DNA of 64,000 bases from Rhina ancylostomus (Eukaryota): NCBI GenBank assembly GCA_030265395.1, contig JARFYF010000063.1, forward strand, positions 79,549,849-79,613,848. Reading direction: 5' to 3'. Within the stretch, counting starts at the first letter, position 1; every line of letters starts with the position of its first letter. The notes below the pieces were generated by a model. The model was given only the letters and a program-made list of their open reading frames with translations. It was not told the origin of the DNA and ran no database searches. This document shows positions 12,301-24,300 of the stretch, piece after piece. The translations under genes were made by a program, and so were the position numbers.

Positions 12301-15300
12301 AATTGTATAATTGCTACTGCCATGTTCAAATGATGCACTAAGGTTCAAGAGTTTTCACGTTACTATCCCAATTAACACTATATTGTAGAGCACTGGTCTG
12401 AAATAGCACTTTTGGCGTGGTAGGAAAATATTTTTACTTCAAAACAAAACTACAAAACAGAAAAAAAAGTCCTTGAAATCTGCCAATTTACCAGCTAGCC
12501 AAATGTGCCCAGATTGATTGCTGAATGCGGCTATATTGCTCAGATATGCTTGGCCAGTTGGAGCGTATTACATTGCTGCTTGGCTATTGAGCGTGGAATA
12601 CATGATAATCCTTAGAGCTGATTAAATTAGTACTCTAATTCCCAGGAATGTACCTTGAGCACCAAGTTGAGTTTCCAGCATAATCTCTTGTTTAGTCTTT
12701 TGCATTAGAGGCCTGTAATCTTTGTTAATGGAAAGTCTAATTTTAATGTAAATCACTTACTTTCCTTTATGGAACTTTAAGGGATAACGGAATGAAAATT
12801 GATTTCCAGAACTTTTTATTTGTATATTTACAACTTTATTCAATCTTGTGCAGGCTAAGGAAGTCAATGGAGTCAAAGTTCCAGTGGACTGCAGCAAGCC
12901 TAATCCAAATGAAGTGGAGTTTGATAATCTGTACTTGGATATGAATGGCATTATTCATCCTTGCACGCATCCTGAAAACAAGTAATATTTCTTAAATTTC
13001 AACTTTTATTTCTCTAGCTTTCCCTGTTTCTTTCCCTTTTAAAAAAAATTCTGATCTTTGTTTTGAATGCACCTTGCAGGCCAGCTCCAAAGAATGAAGA
13101 TGAAATGATGGTGGCCATATTTGAATATATCGATCGCTTATTTAACATCATTAGACCGAGGCGCTTGCTTTATATGGCAATAGATGGAGTTGTAAGTACC
13201 TGTGTGTTCATGTTCGAGAGCTTAGTTGAATGAGGTTTAAGGAAATGCTAAATGGTCTTTGACATTTTCGCACCAGGGCATTCTTGTCAACATATTTGGT
13301 GCAATCTACTCTATATATGTTTTGTTTTTATGTTAATTGCTGCTATCTGTGGTATGAAACAGAATTCTGACCAGTTCTATATACATTTAGCACAAAATTG
13401 AGAAGTCAAATCAAAGATTTATAATCCTGTTTCGGAAAAATTGCTGTTAAATCTGTGTCTTAAATCTGCGAAAGAAAGTTGTACATCTTCATATTTGTCC
13501 TCGGGCCATGTTGGTGAGCTTGGAAGTCTACTAAGTTTTTAGTAGGATTTAATAAGATTTCATTGGTGCTGAGCCTGCATCACTGTTTTGTAGACAGTTA
13601 CAAATAAATCATCTATAATAACTCAAGATTTCCCTTGCGCTAATCCTCTTATGTGAAATAATACTGTTTGATTCTGAGATTACCCTGATTGATATAATTG
13701 TAATAAAGTTGAGTTTAGCTGCCTGTTCTTGCATGGATGCAAGAAGTCAGACAGATTCATGTTAATAACTGCTGCAGACCATTTGCAATTAGATAATTGA
13801 TTGCCTTGATAAGTGTATATTTTTTATTATTTGTCATCAGTTACCTCCATAGTGTTAGGGATTAATTGTTCCTAGGAGGAAAATATCACCAGATCTGACT
13901 TCATTTATTTTGACTCCAAACTTTCATCCCAGTGACCTTCCTATCTCTTAAATTTAAATTGATGTACCTATGTCGTGGGCTTCTCAACCTTAATGGTAAT
14001 AATATACAACTAATAATACAGATGGTGCATGGCGATACATAAGGCTACAGTTGTAGCCAAGGGATGTCAGATTATAAAGTTGAAGATAGCTGTCATTAAT
14101 TACTGCCAAAGTCTGCAAGTCACAGCATTAATATAATGCAATAGCTTAAACAAATATTCACCTCTTTCCTTCCAACCCCCCNNNNNNNNNNTACTAGCTC
14201 GAATTGAATGTAGCTTAAGTCATAAGAATACATGTAATGTGCAGACTGACTGTTCCAGGCTCCTCGTGCCAAAATGAACCAGCAACGATCTAGACGTTTT
14301 CGTGCATCCAAAGAAGGAGTGGAGCTAGCTGAGGAGAAGAAAAAAATGAGGAAAGAAGTGCTTTCCAAAGGTATGCCATAATTCTGTTATGAGAAATGGA
14401 ACTAGGAGTAGGCCATACCCCCACCACCTGCTCTGCCATTCAGTAAGATCCTGACTGCTTGTCAATGTCAAAGGGTATGATAGTTCTCACCTCAGTTTTG
14501 AACTTTTCAGATTCAGATATAGAATTTTTCAGATTCCCAAATTTCCAGATGATTTGAATTTCTCTTGGCTGCATCTGGAATGGAATATTCCTTGCCTTGA
14601 CCATGCAATAGAGTTGCAGGTTCTCTGTTCTGAGTGCGTAGCTCCTCAGCATTCAGAGAAATACTCTGTATCTTCTGACTTTCAACAAGTTCATCTTTTT
14701 CAAACTCCAGTGAATCTCTCACTTAATCTCTTCTCATAAGACAATTTTGTCAAGTGAATCTCTCACTTAATCTCTTAAGACAACTCTTGAGTAAAACATT
14801 TGTTGCACCTCTATAGCCAGTTGTATATTTTCTTTGATACAGAACCCAAAATTGCCAGCAGTACATAGGAATGGAAGAATCAGGAGCAGGAGTAGACCTA
14901 TCAGTCCCTTGAGTCTGCTGTGCCATTCAGTAAAATCACAGCTGATCCAATCTTGGTTTCAGTGTCACTTTCCACCTTTCTTCTGTACCCCTTGTAGCTT
15001 AAATGTCTGTCGAGTATGCCTTCTGTATATTCGGTGATGCTGCCTCCATTTTCTGTGAGGTAAAGAATTTTAAAGATTCATGACCCTTTGAGAAAAGAAA
15101 TTCCTCCTTATCTCTTTCTGAAATCCTTAGACCCCTTATTGTGTAGCTATAAAATGGATCCTTGTATTTCACTAAATACACCTAGCTAAATTGGAAGTAA
15201 CCCATGTATTCCTAAAGTTTTCTACTCTCCTCCAGTCATACTGATACCCTTTCACTCCTCTATTAGTCCTTATTTTTATATAATAACCTCTCATGTGACA

Positions 15301-18300
15301 TATTATTGGAAAACCAAGTAGATCTCATGCCCTGGTTGAAAAAAGCTCTTAGATCTGGCAAATATGATCTCCCTTTCATAAAACCGTTGTCACTTTGCTT
15401 AAATTATAATATTCTAAGCATTGTGTTATAATTCCTTAATAATAGACTTGAGCATTTGTGTGCAAGTGATGATAGGTCTATAATCTGTTGTTCCTTATTT
15501 TATCTGTTGCTTTCATGTTATATTTGTGAGTTTGTAATCCATTATGCCTTTTCCATGATCCAAGGAATTCTGGAAGTGCAGTTGTAATAGATGCATTATC
15601 TGCAGCCATTTCCTTTAAAATTCTTGCATGTAGGCTCTTTGGAATGATGAAATGGAGGGGAAGAAAAGAGATATTTATTGATGGTGTCATTATGGTGTTG
15701 TCAGAAATGGTGGACATGGACAGGGTGGGTATGAAGATAACAGGAGCTTACCTTGTTTCCAGAAGGGAAGTAGCAAGACCAGAATTGTAGAAATAGAACA
15801 ACCATGGTGGAAGTCTATCTTTGGCTGGGAAGAAGGGAAGGCATGTCAGCAACACTCAATTAACATAGTTTCATAAATTTCAATGATTCTTACTTACTTT
15901 ATGAATCCTACTTTCCAAATCCTGATCTGTTGCCCTTGTGTGGAATGCATCAATAGATGCAACAAATGGAGGAACGAGGAGATTAGAATTATCCTTGGGA
16001 TGGAAGGAAGTGTAGTAGTTGATTTGTTGGCGTGCTTGCTTTTGCTGCTCTCCTTTTTAAATTGTCAAAACTCTTGTAGTTTAGATAAGATTTCTTTTAG
16101 TCACATTGAAACACACAGTGAAATGCATATTTGTGTAGAATGTTCTCAAGGCAGCCTACAAATGTCGCTGCACTTCCAGCACCAACATAGCATGCCCACA
16201 ACTCCTAACCTGTACATCTTTGGAATGTGGGAGGAAACCGGAGCACCCAGTGGAAACCCACGCAGTCACAAGGAGAACGNNNNNNNNNNNNNNNNNNNNN
16301 NNNNNNNNNNNNNNNNNNNNNNNNNNNNNNNNNNNNNNNNNNNNNNNNNNNNNNNNNNNNNNNNNNNNNNNNNNNNNNNCCGTTATGCTAACTGCTATGC
16401 TACCATGCTTGTCCAATTTGCTTCTGATAGTGGCATTTATTTCTCTCCCCTTTTTCATATTTATCCCATTTCCAATGGCAACAGTTGATCAACCTGTACT
16501 TTTGGAAGTTAATGTGATGAACCTCAACATCGAAAAAATGTAATTAGATAATGCCATAGCATTTTAGGAAGTGAATATAAAGATGATTTTTGAATGTGTA
16601 CTGTAACTTTTATTTTTGTGTGTGTGTATTTGCAGGTGGATACCTACCCCCAGAAGAGGCAAAAGAAAGGTTTGACAGCAACTGCATTACTCCAGTAGGT
16701 ATTATTTATTGGAGAATGGACATGAAGTGTCAGTGTACATATGGTATTCAGATTTTAATATGAAATCTTTATTCTAGGGAACAGAATTCATGGACAACTT
16801 GGCACGATGTCTTAGATACTACATTGCTGATCGCTTAAATAGCGATCCTGGATGGAAAAACTTAACAGTAAGTGTTCGCTCGTTTTTAATTTTTAAAGGT
16901 GTTTTATAAAGTGCACTAGTGCAGCTTATTTTTGTCAAGCCAGCCAAATTTGTCAAGCAAGCCAGCAAAAATGGCAATCTTCCATCTTCATCATCATAAG
17001 CTCTTTAAATCAGAAAATAGATGATAAGTAGGAAGAAGGTCATTCAACCCCTTACCAACTCTGCTATTCATTAAGGTGGCATTTATTGACCCATGGCTAT
17101 TGCTGAAAAGGCCTCTGACCAAGATGCAACATGAGATCTACATTGTTGTAACCCTTCTTCATTCTGGCTTATTTAAGCCTTGCACAACAGTTATCAACCC
17201 TTGTGCTACTACCTTCATGTACATCTCACACAGATGTGATATAATGGTGGTTGAACATGATTGGTAGCGTGCATGCTTCTGTGCCAAGTGGTTGACTTCA
17301 CATTACAGTCCAGAAAGTGGAGCACAGAGGTTTGTGCTGACAGTGGAGTGATGAAAATGTCCTGCTTTGTTGTTGATGGTAGCTTTAAAAGAACCTAAAA
17401 TGAGGGCCATTCTGCCTCTCAGGTAGAGAACCCTATAACTTGAACAGGGAGTTATTTTTAATGTCCTGGCCAATATCTGTTGTGTTCAGCCAGTGCCTGC
17501 TGAAAATGTTTATCTGATTTATTATTAAATTATGGTTTTGTTGGAACTTGGTGTGCACAAAGGCTAACTGCATTTCCTGCATTAAAATGAAAGCAACCTT
17601 TCAGACTGACTTCATTGGCTATAAAATACTACAAGACTTCAAGATTGTCTTAATCACTATATAATTGCAAGTCTTTTTGAGATGACTAAAACTATCATTA
17701 TTTTTGTTGGCAAATAGCAATGGAAGTATCATATGACTATAGAGTCTGGCATTTCCCAAAGATCAGGTGGTCATTGGTATCCATTTGGAAGCCATTTTAT
17801 TTCCTAACAGTTTTTTTGCTGTGACACTACATTTTGTTCCACATTTTGCTCTTTGACTCAACTGCTTTCATTTCCTTAAACTTTGTAACCATTGATCAGA
17901 CTATGTTAAGCTTCCTTTTTGCATTGGCCACTTTTGCTATGGCTTGCCCTTTTCTAGTTGAGCTGTATAAATTTCTACACCCCATTCACTGTCAGTCCCC
18001 TGCTGCATCCCCTCTTCCAGTCCATTCACTCCCCATGGAACCCAGATAACTTCCCTAACTGCGCAAACCAATTAACCAAAATATATTGGTGCACTAATGA
18101 ATTTCCATTACAGCATGCAGTCTTTCCAAGTAGATCCCACAAGTGGCTAGTTAAATAAGCCATTCATTTCTTGTGGTGTGATATCCAGTGCATTCGGGCT
18201 AATTAGAATGCATGTTTTGTCATCTGCCATATAAGACCAAAACACAGCATCTTGAATCAAAACCATTCATATTTTTGTTCTGTTTTGATCTATTTTTAAA

Positions 18301-21300
18301 CAGCTGGTACTAAATTTTGACTAATATTCAAAAATTACACCAAATTTTGATCAATACCTTTTTGCCGGTTTTAAAATGCTCTATGGTGCTGTCACTATTT
18401 TGAATTGTGCACTGTTGTAGAATGAAAGCACCATTCCCAATGGTTGTCTTTTAAGACAGAAAGAAAATCTCTGTAGCCTGATAGACAATATGGAAATCTA
18501 GTTTCTATTGGAACATAACTATTGAATTCCTTTTTAAAAATTCACTAGGTTATTTTGTCAGATGCAAGTGTTCCTGGTGAGGGTGAACACAAGATCATGG
18601 ATTACATAAGAAGGCAACGAGGTACATGTGCTGTATTTTTGTAGGGGCTGGTGGCTTGGGGACAGGGAGGGACAGAGTGAAGAACATGAGAAGAATTGAT
18701 AGTATTTTATTACAAATGTTAATTTTTATCTTGCAGCTCAACCAAACCATGATCCAAACACTCGACATTGCTTGTGTGGGGCTGATGGTTAGTAGTTCTT
18801 ATTCACATCACGTTGCGAACAATGTAGATTTAATCCTGTTAAGGATCAGATTTATTTTTCACTATCGCTTCATACAAATGGCTAATAAAACAGTGTACAT
18901 CCTGTTTTCTTTCAACAGCTGATCTTATCATGTTAGGACTGGCAACTCATGAAGTGAACTTCACCATAATCAGAGAAGAGTTCAAGCCAAACCAGCAGAG
19001 ACCGTGTCCTCTTTGTGGCCAGATTGGTCATGAAATCAACGAATGCCAGGGCTTGCCAAAAGAGAAGCAGGGAGAGGTATATCAGTGAAATCCTTTTATG
19101 ATAAATTGCTATCATTTACACTTCATAAATAATTCATTTTCAATGTAACCGGAAGCTGATAGTCACTGTAGGTTTCTAAAATATGGGATGGCTTTTATTG
19201 AAGAAAAGGGGGTTATTGGAGATCCTCTTCCTGTCTGCCACATATTTCTGATATGTGGCTCAGAACTATTTTAAGATATTTCATCTTTTTCAAAATTACA
19301 AGATATTTGATCTTGCTCTCAGCCTTTTAGACTTCAGAAAATTTAGCAGGATGTATTACATGCAAATTTAATCTCGCATGCTAATTCTGCCAAGAGCCCA
19401 TTTTCAAAATTGCAGATAACGATTGGCAATGCTTATTTTTAGATTTTGTTGCTTATTCAATTAAAAGCAACTTTCACATCTTTCTCCATCTTTGTCTTTT
19501 ACAACATTAAGCTATATTTTTCAAGCAAATCTCTATAATCTTTGCTCTGATGAAGGGTCTTCAACCTGAAATGTTAACTCTGTTTCTCTTTCCACAGATG
19601 CTCCTTGGTTCACTGTTTCCAGCATTTTCTGTTTTTGTTTGATTTCCAGCATATGCCTCTTTTTTTCTTTTCAATCTTTATTCATTGCTATGTCACGAAC
19701 TTTTATCTCATAACTTGCTGCTACTTTTGGGGGCATTAAATGTCATTCATTGCAAGTCTGTCTGTTTTTCACAGACTGAAAAAGCCAATTAAAGTTATAA
19801 GAACAAGCTAAGTATGAGTAGGAGTAACTCAATACAGTTCCTCAATCCTGTTCTGCTCTTCAGTAAGATCATGGCTACTCTTACCTTTGGCTTCAGTCCC
19901 CTTTCCTTCCAGTTTTCCTCCATTCTTTTTGACTCCAGACAACTTTTTTCTCTCCCCTCAGTCTTGTGGAGAACAGCAAGGGGCTACAAAACAGTATGTA
20001 CTGGTTAAGTGAGCAGGCGTAAGTAGCAGTGGGCCACATTTGCTAGAATACCATATGGAAAAATACGATGTTTTCTGTACTTCCCAACAAAGTGGGTAAA
20101 TATAATACCACACTATTTTAAATAATATTCTTAAATGTTAGCATTCTAGAGCCCTCTGAGTTCAAGAATTCCATAGATACAGTACTCTCTGGGGAGGGGG
20201 CAACTTCTTGTGGTCTCAAGTAGTTCTCTCCTTGTGCTGAGATACTGCCTTTTAACCCTGAACTCTTAGGAAATATCCTTGCATCTTCTCTTCACCTTAG
20301 GAATAATATTTTTCATTGGGAATGTTGCCCATTTTGTGTTTTTAAACTCTGAGAAGAAGGGGTTTATACTCAAATCTGTCCTGAGAAGACAAGCACCTCA
20401 CCCCAGATATCAAATAGTGAGTCTTCACCACACTACTTCTAAGGTGTGTTGCACTACTTAAACGAGGAAGCCTAAACTCTGTTCTGTAGTATAATTGTGG
20501 TTTTATTGAAACCCAATAAAGGCCAGTATTCCAGTAGTCTCCCTGTGTGATAATTTCATATTTCTTGTGCAGGGACATCTAGATCTGTCAGAACACTTTA
20601 GTAATCTCATCCTATTTAAATAATCTACTTATCCACTTTGTTGGGAAGCGTGGAAAACTTCATTCCTTGCAAGTGAATTGTTACCTACAACTGTTACTTG
20701 TGTTCATATAGTTTTGCAGTCTCATGTTCTCCTTACAGCCTTCCATTTCTATCTTTGTATTGTCAGCAAACGTGGATGCATTTCATTATGACCCTTCATT
20801 CAAGTTAGTAACGTCAGTTGTAAAAACACTGATCCTTGAAATGTCACCAGTTAAGACTTGCCAATCTGAAATTGACCCTTCTAGCCCTACTCTATTCTGT
20901 CTATTAACCAGTTCATACTGGTATTGCGCTCAGCCTGGTGAGACATTTTCTGTGGTATCTCATGATTTCCTTATAGAAATCCAAATATATCAGATCGATT
21001 ACATATTGGCTCCTCTTTACTCTGNNNNNNNNNNNNNNNNNNNNNNNNNNNNNNNNNNNNNNNNNNNNNNNNNNNNNNNNNNNNNNNNNNNNNNNNNNNN
21101 NNNNNNNNNNNNNNNNNNNNNNNNCTCTGAGAGTTTCATCTTTAAAGAGCTTTAATAAAATAGGTGAACACTATTTCCCTTTGGTAAAAGAATGCTGACT
21201 CTGCCTAATCAAGTTGAGCTTTATACTGCAACTTCCTTGGTATTACTAATTGATGTTAGGCTATATGGCCCGTAGTTTCCTTTTTTCTTTCTCTTTGAAC

Positions 21301-24300
21301 AGCAGTGTTATGTTTGCTGTTTTCCAATCCACTGGATCTTTGCAGAATTTGGGAAACTTTGGAAGATTACATTCAATACAACCACCATCTCCCCAGCCCT
21401 TTGAGAACACTGGGTGCAGGATATTTTCGAGTCTTAGTCCCAATTAGTTTGCTGCTTAAATTTGACTTTAGTGATATGTTTTAAATTCCTCATTCTTGAT
21501 TTCTCATTCATATCCTATTTTCAGATGCTTTTGCTGCCTTTTTTAAAGCTTATAATTTGAGCAAGTTATTAAAAAAGATGTTTTCTAGCAATTGTGCACA
21601 TTTTTGTGGTGGGTACCCATTTTGAGGAACACAGTACAGTCTATCACTTTGAACAGTCAAAAAGCTGTATGTAAAGAGGCTGGCTGTATTTAGTCTCTCC
21701 ATTTAGTTCCTGATTCATGGCATTTCAAAAGGAGCACTTCTTTGGCAATCGATTTGTATCATTTGCTGCAAACTGTAAGAAAGGCCAGTTGGGCCATTAA
21801 GATTGTGTTGAAATATGAAACCGTAACTGGCATTTATATAGCATCTGATGCTCCCTTGAAGCATCTTGAGGAGCTGCTATAGATAGCTAAAATGTCAAAT
21901 TGGACTTTTAAGAATGCCTTGGGGGAGAGTGATTACAGAGTTTTCAGCTGAATTCTAAAGCCTGGGACTTGGATAGCATAGCTGCCAAAGATGGGGCAAA
22001 CGAAAAATGGATATGTGCTTGAGGGCAAGCTTGCGAGATCAACAAGTTGCACATAAGTCTTCCAGTGTGGGTGGAGTAACAACAGCCAAAATAAGCTTGG
22101 TCTTCATTGGAGAATTTTTTTGAGTTGACCCAGTGGACTTGCAGTTTCAAACTTGTGCTTTTGTTTGTTTTTCCTTCAGTTTGATCAGTTTGCAGGCAAT
22201 GCTCCATGTGGTGCAGAAGTTGAGTTCATATTTATCCGGTTAACCGTATTGCGTGAGGTGAGTTAATTCAAGAAATATTTAAATTGATAAAGTATTTGAT
22301 ATTTGCCATACAGCACAGTGAAATATTTTTTTTGAATTACCAGTACTTGGAAAGAGAATTGACAATGGCGAGCCTGCCCTTCACATTCGACTTTGAGAGG
22401 AGCATTGATGACTGGGTATTTATGTGCTTCTTTGTGGGAAATGATTTCCTGCCTCATCTTCCCTCACTGGAAATTAGGTATGCTGATTTAAATATTGAGT
22501 ATTTTTTTTGCTGTAAGTATTTAGTTATAAATAATCCCCAATCACCAAGAAGGAAAATAGCAACAGGTGTAGGCTCCCATCCATGTCACATGCTGTTATG
22601 ATGTGGAAATATTTTGCAATCCCTTCATTGTCACTGCATCTAGATTCTGCAGCTCCCCAAGAGAATTGGGGGGGGGGGGGGGGGGGGGNNNNNNNNNNNN
22701 NNNNNNNNNNNNNNNNNNNNNNNNNNNNNNNNNNNNNNNNNNNNNNNNNNNNNNNNNNNNNNNNNNNNNNNNNNNNNNNNNNNNNNNNACCTTCAATAGA
22801 AAGATTATATAATTTTAAGGTGATAGCCTTTCACCATCTACTCCAGGGCAATAAGCGATGGGCTGTACGTTTCCCTTGCTGGCCATGCTGACATTCAAAG
22901 CAAAAATAAATAAATTAAAACAAAAGGACCTCATTGTAAATTTGTGATGTGGTATTACTGATTATAGCATCAATGGGCAGCTGCAGTTGGAGACCAAAAC
23001 TTGTGGCCAAGAAGTAGTGCTTTTAAAACCACTAACCTACCTGATTCTCTGCTCACAATTTTGCTTCCAGATGTCCTGAGTCCTGGGATATACCTAGCAG
23101 ATGCAATGTTTTAATCATGCACCTAACTGATTTATCTTGCTTCTGTAAGATGAGAAATGCACATGCTCTGGTGTGGGTTACCACAGGAATAGTAGTGTAC
23201 TCCTTGCAGAGTTGGGGAGTTTGCTTGATTGTTTTTTTTTCCCCCATTTCAACTCAATGGCAGCATGTTGTGGGAAGCACTGGTGTTAATAATAGCTTTA
23301 TGACTGAGATGGCACTCTTTTTTTTGTTGTGACCAATAACAACCGACATGTTGCAAATTTAGTTTTTATTAGTATATGGGATTTATGGATATTGTAAAAG
23401 TCACAATAGAATTTGTTTTTCATATTTGGATGAATAATACTTTTGGGCAATGTTTGCATGCACTGAACAATTGAGTATTTCATGGATTGCATTGATTTAT
23501 GAAGGTGGGACAGAATTTGGAAATGCGCACGATTCTGTAAAATTCACGGTCTTTGATTGGAGTTCAAGTCTGATGGCTAAAATCTTGATCGTTCACAACA
23601 TGCTCTTGAAACTGAACTGGGTACTCTCTCTACTTATTTTTTAGGGAAGGTGCAATTGATAGACTGGTTGGCATTTACAAGAATGTAGTACACAAGACTG
23701 GAGTAAGTAAAAATAAAAGTGTTGAGCTCAGTGTATTTCATTCCAAAAACTAAATTCAGATAAAATTCAAAGATTCTTCTTCTTTTCAGGGATATCTTAC
23801 GGAAAATGGTTTTGTCAATTTAGAACGAGTTCAGATGATTATGACCGCAGTTGGAGAAGCTGAGGATAATATCTTTAAGAAAAGAAGAGAGGATGATGTA
23901 AGTTATCTCAAGTTTTGTGATCTATTGTATATTAAAGATATGATACTCAATAGTGGCATCTACAGTTAAGTTGCAAGTTACATTCAACTGAATTATTAAG
24001 TAGAAATTATTCAGATATTTTAGCATAGCATTAAACTGCAAGTGCATGTAAAAGCACACTTGAAGTTTGTGAAAATCTATGTGTTTAATGGGGATAATTG
24101 TAACGATGGATTCACAAATTTATTGTCTGCTTCACTGTTAATAATCTCGTGTGTAAATTGGGTGTCAAGGCTTGAACAGGCAGGGGATAATTGAGACTGC
24201 TGCTCCCATGGGTCTGGGTCCCCTTTGTTCTCCATTCTGGATTCAGGCCATTGGGGTGTGGATACATTTTGAATGCAAATGCTCCAGATTATAGTGCAAA

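Noticed and set aside
15883-16488. 201-aa ORF
   Set aside because: Runs through a SINE and an N gap; artefact
22667-22688. Long poly-G run (G-quadruplex candidate)
   Set aside because: Abuts an assembly gap; the length is unreliable and may be a sequencing artefact
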